A DNA stretch of 64,000 bases from Eledone cirrhosa (taxonomy: Eukaryota), in contig OZ024741.1 in NCBI GenBank assembly GCA_964016885.1, forward strand, positions 358,298,001 through 358,362,000. Reading direction: 5' to 3'. This document shows positions 40,874 to 54,194 of the stretch, piece after piece. Positions within the stretch are counted from its first letter, which is position 1; each line of letters opens with the position of its first letter. Made by a program: the position numbers and the translations under genes. The notes under the pieces are model-generated. The model was not told where the DNA came from, did not search any database, and saw only the letters and a program-made list of their open reading frames with translations.

Positions 40874-43800
40874 CCTTGAATCTCAGTCATTGATGTTGGT
40901 TAACTGGAAAGTCCGTTGGATTGAATATCAAGCCACTACCTGCAGCCTCAGATATTCAGGACGTATCGGAGGGTTCTTGCTGTTCCAAGCAAGCATGCCT
41001 TTTGAAGCGTTCCAAAAAGCGTGAAGGGGCCGATTTTCTTTAACCATCCCTGGAAACTTTTGGAGATAGTCCCCAGTGCGCCTATGACAATCGGGATCAC
41101 TTTGACTTCATGGCAGTTCCAAATCCTTTTCACCTCCCACTTTAGGTCCTGGTATCGGTTAATTTTCTCCCTCTCCTTCTCTTGCACTCTCGTGTCGAAC
41201 GGGCAGGCCACATCCACAATCAGGCACGATCTTTTTTCTTTGTCCACAACCACCAGGTCAGGTCTATTGTGTTCCAGTTTTTTGTCCGTCTGTATCCTAA
41301 AATCCCACAGCACCTTCACCTGACTGTTCTCCATCACCGCCTCTGGCCTATGCTCATACCATTTCTCAGAATGTGGTAGATTGTTTACTTTGCACAGGTG
41401 CCAGTGGATCACCCTGCCCATCACATCGTGTCTCCAGCCCTTATAGTGGGTCTGGGCTAGGTGTTTACACTCGGACACAATGTGAGCCACAGTCTCCTCT
41501 CTCTCTCCACAGATCCTGCACAGTGGGCTAGCCTCCTCCTTGTAGATATGGTGCTTCAACCACTTCGTTTTGAGGGCCTGCTCCTGCGCAGCCATTAGCA
41601 TTCCTTCTGTAGCCTTTTTGAGGTCTCCTCTTCTCAACCAGTTCCATGTCTGTGGATCTCTAAATTCAGTTTTCTCAAAGAAGGTACTATGAAGGGATTT
41701 TCCCTTAAGGCTGCTCTTCCTCCTTGATGTTATTTCCTCCTTGGACATCCCCTGGCCTACTGTCCCCTCCTTCAGTACAGTTCTGAGCATTGGCTCCTTA
41801 CTATAGGTCACGTATTTGTATAGGTTGTTTTTCTCCATCCGAACACAGTCCTCTATGCTGATAAGACCTCTTCCACCCTCAGATCTCCTTAGGTAGAGTC
41901 TATCGACATCACTCCTCCTGTGGAACATGTTGTAGATAGTCAATAGCTTCCTAGTCTTCCTATCCATTTCTTTTTGTTCAGCAACATTCCATCTCAGAAT
42001 TCCCGCACTGTACCTAATAATAGACACAGCTCGGGAATTTACTGCGCTTATGGCATTTCTGCTGTTCAGATGTGACTTCAATACGCTCCTTACTCTCCGA
42101 ATGTATTCAGTTCTTAACAATTCCTTCATTTTTTTTGTTCTTTATGCCATCAGCCTCCAGAACGCCCAAATACTTGTATCCTTCCTCAGAGTCAATTTCC
42201 TTTATCATCTCATCTGTTGGTATCTGGATCCCGTTACTTCTGCTCAACCTACCCCTCTTCATCACAATGACTCCACATTTACCAATACCAAACTGCATAC
42301 ATATATCACTGCTGAAAATACGGACAGTGTCAACAAGCACATCCAACTCCTTCTCACTTTTCCCGAAGAGCTTAAGATCGTCCATGAAGAGGAGGTGATT
42401 GATGGTAAGCTCTCCCCTTCCCAACTTGTATCCTGCTCTCACTTTTCGCAGCATAATGGTCAAGGGCATCAGGGCAAGGACAAACAACAGAGGGGACAGG
42501 CTATCTCCCTGGAAGATACCTCTCTTGATCTTCACGCTTCCCAAGGATACTCCAGTTGATGTCAACTCTGTCTCCCAGGACCCCATACTCCTGCCCAGCA
42601 ACTGTCTGATGTTATCTGCCACCCTGAAGACCTCCAGGCTTTTGGTGATCCAGGAATGAGGCACCATGTCAAATGCCTTTCTGTAGTCTATCCATCCCAT
42701 GGCAAGATCAGTGTGTCTCCTCCTGCAATTCCCCATTACCATCTTATCAATAAGCAACTGGTCCTTTGTACCACGTGACTTCTTTCGGCATCCTTTCTGT
42801 TCGTCCGGTAACAAGTTGTTTGTGTGGAGGTGATGGTAGATTTCCTCAGACACAATGCTCGTCAACAGTTTCCACATTACGGACAGACATGTGATAGGTC
42901 TATAGTTGGTAACATCATTACCCTTGATTCGGTCTTTCATTATCAGAACTGTGGTACCTTTTGTCAACCACTCTGGCACCTCACCCGACACCAAGCAGTC
43001 ATTGAACATGGCCGTCAGCTTCGGGTGGAGGGATGTTAAATGTTTAATCCAATACCCCTGCACACCATCTGGGCCTGGTGATTTCCAGTTGGTTAGTTTT
43101 TTGGCTTGCCCCTTAAGAGTTTCAACTGTGATACTCAAATCAGTCTGTTGTTGTGCCTTCTCACCGATCTCCCTCTGTACTGTCTCAATCCACCCTGCCT
43201 GGGCATTGTGTCTAACATCCTGCTCCCATATTCCTCTCCAGAATGTTTTAGCTTGTTCCGCCCCAGGGATCAAGTCGTTGCCTCTTTCTTTCCCCTCAAG
43301 CTGTCCAAACACCATCTTCTGGTTGTTGTCGAACATGCGGTTCTGTTTATACTGACTGACTCTGTTCTCGTATCGACTGATTTTGGCACTCTTTGCTACA
43401 ATGCGTTGCTTCAATTCCTCTATGATAATATTTAGCTTTTTACTCCTAGTTTTGTATTTTATTTCCAGTCTATTTTTAGTGCCTATGCTTTTTAGTGTCC
43501 CATTCAGTAGTGACTCAAGCTTTCCTATGTCATTTCTCATTTCCCCGATTTGCCCACTCAGTCGCTTCTTCCACCACGGCTCTGCTCTTTCTTGTCTGTT
43601 GTTTCCTCTCGCTTTTATACCAAGTAGTTTCCTCACCGTATTTGCTGTTGCTTTGAGGATATTGTTGCACTGGTGAAGACTCCTCGCCTCAAGGTATGGG
43701 ATGACTTTGTTTACCTTAGCTGTTGTTTCTTTTAACTTTTTCCTGTCTACAAATCTTAGGTTCATAGGTCTCCCACTATCATTGTTCAATTCATCTACCA

Positions 43801-45420
43801 CTAGATTTAGGATGTCAACCGAATCTTGTCCTAGCCCGTCAGCATTCATCTCCTCAGTGGCCGTATCTCTGTTCCAGGTATTATTTATCTCAGTATTCAG
43901 ATCATTGTCTGCTTCGGGTGGTTCCTCCGTTCTCAGGACCTCCTCACCTTAATTTCCCACCGGCTCGCTTGTCTGGCATACTACACCCGCCATCTCCAAG
44001 CCATTCTCTCTGCTCAGTTCCTCCAGTTCCAGCTCGCTTATCCACCCATTAGTTCTTATTACCCGAGCCTGCCCGGCCAATTTTTGTTCATCTAATTTAA
44101 ATAAACCAATCTCGTTCCAGATGTTATGCATCCGTCTCCTGTAGCCCCTCTCCTTGGGGTTACTTTTCAGGTAGCATTGCATAACAGTTCTATTCAATTC
44201 TTTCGTCCAGTTGGTTCTGGCCCCTTTCCTTCTTCTTCTTCCTCCAACATCAGCAGTATTTGGTTGACGGTCAGGTTCCTGCTGCTGAGCCAGGGGGCAC
44301 CTGTTGGGTGAGAGTCTGTCACATGACGTTCTAGTCACCATTTCACCGTTATTCGAACTGTTTATGTTCGATATTTAAACACTCTTATCGAGGATTGGCG
44401 AATGTATGTTTACATAGCCATCTGTGGATCCGCCATCCCACTTGGCCCTTGTGTGGCATTATCACCACGCTGTATACGAACACACATAAACAAACAAACA
44501 CACGGGCAGAAAGGGCCCCAAAAATGAATAAGCATAAGTTTCATTGTAATGTAGTATTCGAATGTCTGACTTAGTTTTTGTTTTTTAAGTTTTACTTTTT
44601 CCCCCCTCTTCTCTGTCCGTCCGCCTGCTTCTCTCTTCATTCTTATTTTCTTTACGTTTTTGGGGTTTCTTTTTTTGTTTTTGTTTTTCTCTGTTTGTTT
44701 TTCTCGTTTTTTGCTGTTGTTGCTGTGCTGCTTTGGTTTTGTTGTTTGTTTTTTCTTTTTTCTTTTGAGTCTATCTATATATTTTGATGCCTTCCTCTTT
44801 GTTAGTAGTAGGGATTCTATAATGTGGAAGTAGGGAGAAGCCAGCAGGGAGAAGCGGGAGGCTGGCGGCGCTGGCGATACTGAGACAGTGGTGGTGGTGA
44901 TGTCGGTACCGAGGCAGTGGTGGCGGTGATGCGACCGTATTACTGTAGTGATGGTGCTGTAGCGGTGGCAGCAGCAGTGAAGGAGTCAAGGGGTGGTGGC
45001 GGCGGTGATGGGATAGTGGTGGTAATGATGGCCGTAGTGAGCGGTGGCGGTGAAAGTGAAAATGCTGTTGTGTTTAGTGTACACAGATGATGGGGTGGGT
45101 GGTGTATCTAGTTTCTGGTGTTGGTGAGTTTAGCTGTCCTATATAGTGTAGCCAGAGGAGAGGAGGGGGGGGGGTTCTTCTTCTTCCATTTATAGCCATT
45201 TTTTTGGGGGATATACAGTGTACAATACAAAGTTGAATATTTGAATATTTGAGCCTTATAACAATATATTTTGGGTCCGAATATTTTGGGGCTCAAGCCG
45301 GGTGCTTTACGTAGCATTTGTACTAAGAGTTGTTATTTCACAAATGATTTAAATATCTTAAAAATTCAAAACTTACGGGAGCGATTTCATGACCTCCGTC
45401 ACCTCGTGCGTCTTCTTCCC
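40874..45420 (-). mobile_element. R4/Dong-like RLE retrotransposon, family 2, copy 1
   Basis: Near-identical to 45519-49993; flanked by (ATT)n. Confidence 0.93.
40948..44341 (-). pseudogene. RT-RLE ORF with one nonsense codon (~43950) and a +1 T frameshift (~42130)
   Basis: Three ORF pieces collinear with the intact 1121-aa ORF. Confidence 0.92.
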
Positions 45421-45506
<86 letters not shown>

Positions 45507-45518
45507 GTTATTGTTATT

Positions 45519-48500
45519 CCTTGAATCTCAGTCATTGATGTTGGTTAACTGGAAAGTCCGTTGGATTGAATATCAAGCCACTACCTGCAGCCTCAGATAT
45601 TCAGGACGTATCGGAGGGTTCTTGCTGTTCCAAGCAAGCATGCCTTTTGAAGCGTTCCAAAAAGCGTGAAGGGGCCGATTTTCTTTAACCATCCCTGGAA
45701 ACTTTTGGAGATAGTCCCCAGTGCGCCTATGACAATCGGGATCACTTTGACTTCATGGCAGTTCCAAATCCTTTTCACCTCCCACTTTAGGTCCTGGTAT
45801 CGGTTAATTTTCTCCCTCTCCTTCTCTTGCACTCTCGTGTCGAACGGGCAGGCCACATCCACAATCAGGCACGATCTTTTTTCTTTGTCCACAACCACCA
45901 GGTCAGGTCTATTGTGTTCCAGTTTTTTGTCCGTCTGTATCCTAAAATCCCACAGCACCTTCACCTGATTGTTCTCCATCACCGCCTCTGGCCTATGCTC
46001 ATACCATTTCTCAGAATGTGGTAAATTGTTTACTTTGCACAGGTGCCAGTGGATCACCCTGCCCATCACATCGTGTCTCCAGCCCTTATAGTGGGTCTGG
46101 GCTAGGTGTTTACACTCGGACACAATGTGAGCCACAGTCTCCTCTCTCTCTCCACAGATCCTGCACAGTGGGCTAGCCTCCTCCTTGTAGATATGGTGCT
46201 TCAACCACTTCGTTTTGAGGGCCTGCTCCTGCGCAGCCATTAGCATTCCTTCTGTAGCCTTTTTGAGGTCTCCTCTTCTCAACCAGTTCCATGTCTGTGG
46301 ATCTCTAAATTCAGTTTTCTCAAAGAAGGTACTATGAAGGGATTTTCCCTTAAGGCTGCTCTTCCTCCTTGATGTTATTTCCTCCTTGGACATCCCCTGG
46401 CCTACTGTCCCCTCCTTCAGTACAGTTCTGAGCATTGGCTCCTTACTATAGGTCACGTATTTGTATAGGTTGTTTTTCTCCATCTGAACACAGTCCTCTA
46501 TGCTGATAAGACCTCTTCCACCCTCAGATCTCCTTAGGTAGAGTCTATCGACATCACTCCTCTTGTGGAACATGTTGTAGATAGTCAATAGCTTCCTAGT
46601 CTTCCTATCCATTTCTTTTTGTTCAGCAACATTCCATCTCAGAATTCCCGCACTGTACCTAATAATAGACACAGCTCGGGAATTTACTGCGCTTATGGCA
46701 TTTCTGCTGTTCAGATGTGACTTCAATACGCTCCTTACTCTCCGAATGTATTCAGTTCTTAACAATTCCTTCATTTTTTTGTTCTTTATGCCATCAGCCT
46801 CCAGAACGCCCAAATACTTGTATCCTTCCTCAGAGTCAATTTCCTTTATCATCTCACCTGTTGGTATCTGGATCCCGTTACTTCTGCTCACCCTGCCCCT
46901 CTTCATCACAATGACTCCACATTTACCAATACCAAACTGCATACATATATCACTGCTGAAAATACGGACAGTGTCAACAAGCACATCCAACTCCTTCTCA
47001 CTTTTCCCGAAGAGCTTAAGATCGTCCATAAAGAGGAGGTGATTGATGGTAAGCTCTCCCCTTCCCAACATGTATCCTGCTCTCACTTTTCGCAGCATAA
47101 TGGTCAAGGGCATCAGGGCAAGGACAAACAACAGAGGGGACAGGCTATCTCCCTGGAAGATACCTCTCTTGATCTTCACGCTTCCCAAGGATACTCCAGT
47201 TGATGTCAACTCTGTCTCCCAGGACCCCATACTCCTGCCTAGCAACTGTCTGATGTTATCTGCCACCCTGAAGATCTCCAGGCTTTTGGTGATCCAGGAA
47301 TGAGGCACCATGTCAAATGCCTTTCTGTAGTCTATCCATCCCATGGCAAGATCAGTGTGTCTCCTCATGCAATTCCCCATTACCATCTTATCAATAAGTA
47401 ACTGGTCCTTTGTACCACGTGACTTCTTTCGGCATCCTTTCTGTTCGTCCGGTAACAAGTTGTTTGTGTGGAGGTGGTGGTAGATTTCCTCAGACACAAT
47501 GCTCGTCAACAGTTTCCACATTACGGACAGACATGTGATAGGTCTATAGTTGGTAACATCATTACCCTTGATTCGGTCTTTCATTATCAGAACTGTGGTA
47601 CCTTTTGTCAACCACTCTGGCACCTCACCCGACACCAAGCAGTCATTGAACATGGCCGTCAGCTTCGGGTGGAGGGATGTTAAATGTTTAATCCAATACC
47701 CCTGCACACCATCTGGGCCTGGTGATTTCCAGTTGGTTAGTTTTTTGGCTTGCCCCTTAAGAGTTTCAACTGTGATACTCAAATCAGTTTGTTGTTGTGC
47801 CTGCTCACCGATCTCCCTCTGTACTGTCTCAATCCACCCTGCCTGGGCATTGTGTCTAACATCCTGCTCCCATATTCCTCTCCAGAATGTTTTAGTTTGT
47901 TCCGCCCCAGGGATCAAGTCGTTGCCTCTTTCTTTCCCCTCAAGCTGTCCAAACAGCATCTTCTGGTTGTTGTCGAACATGCGGTTCTGTTTATACTGAC
48001 TGACTCTGTTCTCGTATCGCCTGATTTTTGAACTCTTTGCTACAATGCGTTGCTTCAATTCCTCTATCATAATATTTAGCTTTTTCCTCCTAGTTTTGTA
48101 CTTTATTTCCAGTCTATTTTTAGTCCCTATGTTTTTTAGTGTCCCATTCAGTAGTGACTCAAGCTTTCCTATGTCATTCCTCATTTCCCCGATTTGCCCA
48201 CTCAGTCGCTTCTTCCACCACGGCTCTGCTCTTTCTTGTCTGCTGTTTCCTCTCGCTTTTATACCAAGTAGTTTCCTCACCGTATTTGCTGTTGCTTTCA
48301 GGATATTGTTGCACTGGTGAAGGCTCCTCGCCTCAAGGTATGGGATGACTTTGTTTACCTTAGCTGTTGTTTCTTTTAACTTTTTCCTGTCTACAAATCT
48401 TAGGTTCATAGGTCTCCCCACTAAATTTAGGATGTCAACCGAATCTTGTCCTAGCCCGTCAGCATTCATCTTCTCAGTGGCCGTATCTCTGTTCCAGGTA

Positions 48501-49993
48501 TTATTTATCTCAGTATTCAGATCATTGTCTGCTTCGGGTGGTTCCTCCGTTCTCAGGACCTCTTCACCTTCATTTCCCACTGGCTCGCTTGTCTGGCATA
48601 CTACACCCGCCATCTCCAAGCCATTCTCTCTGCTCAGTTCCTCCAGTTCCAGCTCGCTTATCCACCCATTAGTTCTTATTACCCGAGCCTGCCCGGCCAA
48701 TTTTTGTTCATCTAATTTAAATAAACCAATCTCGTTCCAGATGTTATGCATCCGTCTCCTGTAGCCCCTCTCCTTGGGGTTACTTTTCAGGTAGCATTGC
48801 ATAACAGTTCTATTCAATTCTTTCGTCCAGTTGGTTCTGGCCCCTTTCCTTCTTCTTCCTCCAACATCAGCAGTATTTGGTTGACAGTCAGGTTCCTGCT
48901 GCTGAGCCAGGGGGCACCTGTTGGGTGAGAGTCTGTCACATGACGTTCTAGTCTCCATTTCACCGTTATTCGAACTGTTTATGTTCGATATTTAAACACT
49001 CTTATCGAGGATTGGCGAATGTATAGTTACATAGCCATCTGTGGATCCGCCATCCCACTTGGCCCTTGTGTGGCATTATCACCACGCTGTATACGAACAC
49101 ACATAAACAAACAAACACACAGGCAGAAAGGGCCCCAAAAATGAATAAGCATAAGTTTCATTGTAATGTAGTGTTCGAATGTCTGACTTAGTTTTAGTTT
49201 TTTAAGTTTTACTTTTTCCCCCCTCTTCTTCTCTGTCCGTCCGCCTGCTTCTCTCTTCATTCTTATTTTCTTTACGTTTTTGGGGTTTCTTTTTTTGTTT
49301 TTGTTTTTCTCTGTTTGTTTTTCTCGTTTTTGCTGTTGTTGCTGTGCTGCTTTGGTTTTGTTGTTTGTTTTTTCTTTTTTCTTTTGAGTCTATCTATATA
49401 TTTTGATGTCTTCCTCTTTGTTAGTAGTAGGAATTCTATTATGTGGAAGTAGCAGCCAGCAGGGAGGAGTGGGAGACTGGCGGCGGTAGCGATACTGAGA
49501 CAGTGGTGGTGGTGATGTCGATACCGAGGCAGTGGTGGCGGTGATGTGACCGTATTACTGTAGTGATGGTGCTGTAGCGGTGGCAGTAGTGAAGGAGTCA
49601 AGGGGTGGTGGCGGCGGTGATGGGATAGTGGTGGTAATGATGGCCGTAGTGAGCGGTGGCGGTGAGGGTGAAAATGCCGTTATCTGGCTGTTGTGTTTAG
49701 TGTACACAGATGATGGGGTGGGTGGTGTATCTAGTTTCTGGTGTTGGTGAATTTGGCTGTCCTATATAGTGTAGCCAGAGGAGAGGAGGGGGGGGGGGGT
49801 TCTTCTTCCATTTATAGCCATTTTCTTTTTTGGATATACAGTGTACAATACAAAGTTGAATATTTGGATATTTGAGCCTTATAACAATATATTTTGGGTC
49901 CGAATTTTTTGGGGCTCAAGCCGGGTGCTTTACGTAGCATTTGTACTAAGAGTTGTTATTTCACAAATGATTTAAATATGTTAAAAATTCAAA
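45519..49993 (-). mobile_element. R4/Dong-like retrotransposon, family 2, copy 2
   Basis: Contains the intact ORF; ~1-kb 5' UTR; lacks the first ~55 nt seen in copy 1. Confidence 0.93.
45593..48958 (-). CDS. Intact R4/Dong-like retrotransposon protein (RT, CCHC zinc knuckle, RLE), 1121 aa
   Basis: WTKELN N-terminal motif, KSPGPDG, NYRPITCL, QGDSLSPLLF, FMDD, CRIC..HIVSEC, RHD, RPDLVV..DVACP..EKINRY; no disruptions. Confidence 0.95.
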   Translation of the reverse strand: METRTSCDRLSPNRCPLAQQQEPDCQPNTADVGGRRRKGARTNWTKELNRTVMQCYLKSNPKERGYRRRMHNIWNEIGLFKLDEQKLAGQARVIRTNGWISELELEELSRENGLEMAGVVCQTSEPVGNEGEEVLRTEEPPEADNDLNTEINNTWNRDTATEKMNADGLGQDSVDILNLVGRPMNLRFVDRKKLKETTAKVNKVIPYLEARSLHQCNNILKATANTVRKLLGIKARGNSRQERAEPWWKKRLSGQIGEMRNDIGKLESLLNGTLKNIGTKNRLEIKYKTRRKKLNIMIEELKQRIVAKSSKIRRYENRVSQYKQNRMFDNNQKMLFGQLEGKERGNDLIPGAEQTKTFWRGIWEQDVRHNAQAGWIETVQREIGEQAQQQTDLSITVETLKGQAKKLTNWKSPGPDGVQGYWIKHLTSLHPKLTAMFNDCLVSGEVPEWLTKGTTVLIMKDRIKGNDVTNYRPITCLSVMWKLLTSIVSEEIYHHLHTNNLLPDEQKGCRKKSRGTKDQLLIDKMVMGNCMRRHTDLAMGWIDYRKAFDMVPHSWITKSLEIFRVADNIRQLLGRSMGSWETELTSTGVSLGSVKIKRGIFQGDSLSPLLFVLALMPLTIMLRKVRAGYMLGRGELTINHLLFMDDLKLFGKSEKELDVLVDTVRIFSSDICMQFGIGKCGVIVMKRGRVSRSNGIQIPTGEMIKEIDSEEGYKYLGVLEADGIKNKKMKELLRTEYIRRVRSVLKSHLNSRNAISAVNSRAVSIIRYSAGILRWNVAEQKEMDRKTRKLLTIYNMFHKRSDVDRLYLRRSEGGRGLISIEDCVQMEKNNLYKYVTYSKEPMLRTVLKEGTVGQGMSKEEITSRRKSSLKGKSLHSTFFEKTEFRDPQTWNWLRRGDLKKATEGMLMAAQEQALKTKWLKHHIYKEEASPLCRICGEREETVAHIVSECKHLAQTHYKGWRHDVMGRVIHWHLCKVNNLPHSEKWYEHRPEAVMENNQVKVLWDFRIQTDKKLEHNRPDLVVVDKEKRSCLIVDVACPFDTRVQEKEREKINRYQDLKWEVKRIWNCHEVKVIPIVIGALGTISKSFQGWLKKIGPFTLFGTLQKACLLGTARTLRYVLNI

Positions 49994-50044
49994 ATAATAA
50001 TAATTGTTATTTCACAAATGATTTAAATCATTTGTGAAATAACA

Positions 50045-50113
<69 letters not shown>

Positions 50114-50118
50114 GTTGT

Positions 50119-53100
50119 TCTTTGAGTCTCAGTCATTGATGTTAGTTAACTGGAAAGTTTGTTGAAATGAATATCAAGCCACTACCTGCAGCCTCAGATA
50201 TTCAGAACGGAGGGTTCTTGCTGTTCCCAGCAAGCATGCCTTTTGAAGTGTTACAAAAAGCGGGACGGGGCCAATTTTCTTTAACCATCCCTGGAAACTT
50301 TTTGAGATAGTACCTAGTGCGCCTATGACAATCGGGACCCCTTTGACTTCATGGCAGTTCCAATTCCGTTTTATCTCCCACTTTAAGTCCTGGTATCGGT
50401 TAATTTTCTCCCTCTCCTTCTCTTGCACTCTCGTGTCGAACGGGCAGGCCACATCCACAATCAGGCACGATCTTTTTTCCTTGTCCAAAACCACCAGGTC
50501 AGGTCTATTGTGTTCCAGTTTCTTGTCCGTCTGTATCCTAAAATCCCACAGCACCTTCACCTGATCGTTTTCTATCACCGACTCTGGCTTCTGCTCATAC
50601 CACTTCTCAGAATGTGGTAAATTGTTTACTTTGCATAGGTGCCAGTGGATCACCCTGCCCATCACATCATGTCTCCAGCCTTTATAGTGAGTCTGGGCTA
50701 GGTGTTTACACTCGGATACAATGTGAGCCACAGTCACCTCTCTCTCTCCACAGATCCTGCACAGTGGGCTAGCCTCCTCCTTGTAAATATGGTGTTTCAG
50801 CCACTTCGTTTTGAGAGCCTGCTCTTACGCAGCCATTAGCATTCCTTCTGTAGCCTTTTTGAGGTCTCCTCTTTTCAACCAGTTCCATGTCTGTGGATCT
50901 CTGAATTCAGTTTTCTCAAAGAAGGTACTATGAAGGGATTTTTCATGAAGGCTGCTCTTTCTCCTTGATGTTATTTCCTCCTTGGACACCCCCTGGTCTA
51001 TTGTCCTCTCCTTCAGTACAATTCTGAGCATTGGCTCCTTTCTATCGGTCACGTATTTGTGTAGGTTGTTTTTCTCCATCTGAACACAGTCCTCTATGCT
51101 GATAAGACCTCTTCCACATTCAGATCTCCTTAAGTAGAGTCTATCGACATCACTCCTCTTGTGGAACATGTTGTAGATAGTCAATAGCTTCCTAGTCTTC
51201 CTATCCATTTCTTTTTGTTCAGCAACATTCCATCTCAGAACTCCCGCACTGTACCTAATAATAGACACAACTCGGGAATTTACTGCACTTATGGCATTCC
51301 TACTGTTCAGATGTGACTTTAATACGCTCCTTACTCTCCGAATGTATTCAGATCTTATCAATTCCTTCATTTTTTTGTTCTTGATGTCATCAGCCTCCAG
51401 AACACCCAAATACTTGTATCCTTCTTCATTGTCAATTTCCTTTATCATCTCACCTGTTGGTACCTGGATTCCGTTGCTTCTGCTCAATTTACCCCTCTTC
51501 ATCACAAGGATTCCACACTTACTAATACCAAATTGCATACATATATCATTGCTGAAAATACGGACAATGTCAACAAGCACATCCAACTCCTTCTCACTCT
51601 TCCCGAAGATCGTCCATGAAGAGGAGGTGATTGATGGTAAGCTCTCCCTTTCCCAACTTGTATCCTGCTCTCACTTTTCGCAATATAATGGTCAGGGGCA
51701 TCAGGGCAAGGTCAAACAACAGAGGGGACAGACTATCTCCCTGGAAGATACCTCTCTTGATCTTCACGCCTCCCAAAGATTCTCCAGCCGATGTTAACTC
51801 TGTTTTCCAGGACTTCATAATTTTGCTCAACAACTGTCTGATGTTATCTGCCACCTTGAAGATCTCTAGGCTTTTGGTGATCCAAGAATGTGGCACCATG
51901 TCAAATGCCTTTTTGTAGTCTATCGATTCCACGGCAAGACCAGTGTGTCTCCTCTTGCAATTCCTCATTACAATCTTATCAATAAGTAACTGGTCCTTTG
52001 TACCACGGGACTTCTTTCGGCATCCTTTCTGTTCGTCCGGTAACAAGTGGTTTGTGTGGAGGTGATGGTAGATTTCCCCAGACACAATGCTTGTCAACAG
52101 TTTCCACATTACGGACAGACATGTGATATGTCTATAGTTGGTAACATCATTACCCTTGATTCGGTCTTTCATTACCAGAACTGTGGTACCTTTTGTCAAC
52201 CACTCTGGTACCTCACCTGACATCAAGCAGTCATTTAACATGGTTGTCAGTGGAGGGATGTTATATTATAATCCAATACCCCTGCACACCATCTGGGCCT
52301 GGTGATTTCTAGCTGGTTATTTTTTTGGCCTGCCCCTTAAGAGTTTCAACTGTGATACTCAAATCAGTTTGTTGGTGTGCCTGTTCACTAATCTCCTTTT
52401 GTACTGTCTCAATCCACACTGCCTGGTCATTATGTTTAACATCCTGCTCCCATATTCCTCTCCAGAATGTCTTAGTTTGTTCCACCTCAGGGATCAAGTC
52501 GTTGCCTCTTTCTTTCCCTTCAAGCTGTCCAAACAGCATCTTCTGGTTGTTGTCAAACATGCGGTTCTGTCTATACTGACTCTGCTCTCGTATCGCCTAA
52601 TTTTTGCACTCTTTGCTACAATGCGTTGCTTCAGTTCCTCTATGATAATATTTAGCTTTTTCCTCCTAGTTTTGTACTTTATTTCCAGTCTATTTTTAGT
52701 GTCTAAGTTTTTTAGTGTCCCATTCAGTAGGGACTCAAGCTTTCCAATGTCATTTCTCATTTCCCTGATTTGACCATTCAGTCGTTTCTTCCACCAAGGT
52801 TCTGATCTTTCTTGTTTGTTGTTTCCTCTCGTTTTTATACCAAGTAATTTCCTCACCGCATTTGCTGTTGCTTTCAGGATATTGTTGCACTGGTGAAGGC
52901 TCCTCGCCTCAAGGTATGGGATGACTTTGTTTACCTTAGCTGTTGTTTCTTTTAACTTTTTCCTGTCTACAAATCTTAGCTTCATAGGTTTCCCACTATC
53001 ATTGTTCATTTCATCTACCACTAAGTTTAGGATATCAACCAAATCTTGTCTTAGCCCGTCAGCATTCATTTCCTCAATGGCCGTATCTGTGTTCCAGGTA

Positions 53101-53720
53101 TTATTTATTTCAGCATTCAGATCATTGTCTGCTTCGGATGCTTCCTCCGTTCTCTCAACCTCTTCACCTTCATTTCCCACTGGCTCGTTTGCCTGGAATA
53201 CTCCACTCTCCATTTCCAACCCAATCTCTCTGCTCAGTTCCTCCAGTTCCAGCTCGCTTATCCACCCATTAGTTCTTATTACCCGAGCCTGCCCGGCCAA
53301 TTTTTGTTCATCTAATTTAAATAGACCAATCTTGTTCCAGATGTTATGCGTTCGTTTCCTATAGCCTTTTTCCTTGGGGTTACTCTTCAGGTAACATTGC
53401 ATAACAGTTCTATTCAATTATTTCGTCCAGTTGGTTCTGGTCCTTCTTCTTCCTCCGACACCAGCAGTATTTGGTTGACAGCCGGGTCCCTGCTGCTGAG
53501 CCAGGGAGCACCTGCTGGGTGAGAGTCTGTCACATGACATTCCAGTCTCCACTTCACCGTTATTCGAACTGTTTAGGTTCGACATTGAAACACTCTTATC
53601 GAGGATTGGTGAATGTATGGTTACATAACCACCGGTGATTTGATCACCCTCGGTGATTTTAGCGTGGCACTATCACGCTGTAGACGAACATAAATAAACA
53701 AACAAACAAACAGGCAGAAA
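50119..53720 (-). pseudogene. R4/Dong-like retrotransposon, family 2, older copy 3
   Basis: Fragmented ORFs 50174-53417 collinear with the intact copy; multiple indels and stops. Confidence 0.92.
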
Positions 53721-53721
53721 G

Positions 53722-54190
53722 AGATAGTATGGCGGACACGTTTGAAAGGGCTGAAGACGAGCACTTACCTCTTCGGTGATGCCCTGATTAACTTTTTCAA
53801 ATTTCATTTGAAAAGGAAAATCAGGGTAGAGAGGGAAGTGCTCTCTTCCCAGCATTTTGTTGAAAGATGGGTGAGAGAGGCAAGAATGGCCCGAGTATGT
53901 GTCTGTAAATTAAAGGTGGAAAACTGGGAGAGGGCACTTGCCCTGGTGGTCAGGGTCACTGTGGCTTTTTAATGGGCTTTCTCCACGAATGTCCCTCAGA
54001 AGTCTCCCCCCTATTGGGGAATTTTTTCATTGTTCTATTATTACATCCTCTGTTTCTTGTTTTTTTTACACGTAGAAATGCCCTTTTGTACCGTCCTGTA
54101 TTGTCCTGTACTGTCCTTAATGTCTCACTCTGTGTAAACCCTTGTGGTTAATAAAGAAAGCATTATTATTATTATTTATCATTATTGTTA
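53722..54190 (+). mobile_element. Tx1/L1-like LINE 3' end
   Basis: WRTRLKGLKT..LINFFKFHLKRKIRVERE..FVERW resembles Tx1 ORF2 C-termini; AATAAA then (ATT)n. Confidence 0.6.
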
Positions 54191-54194
54191 TTAC

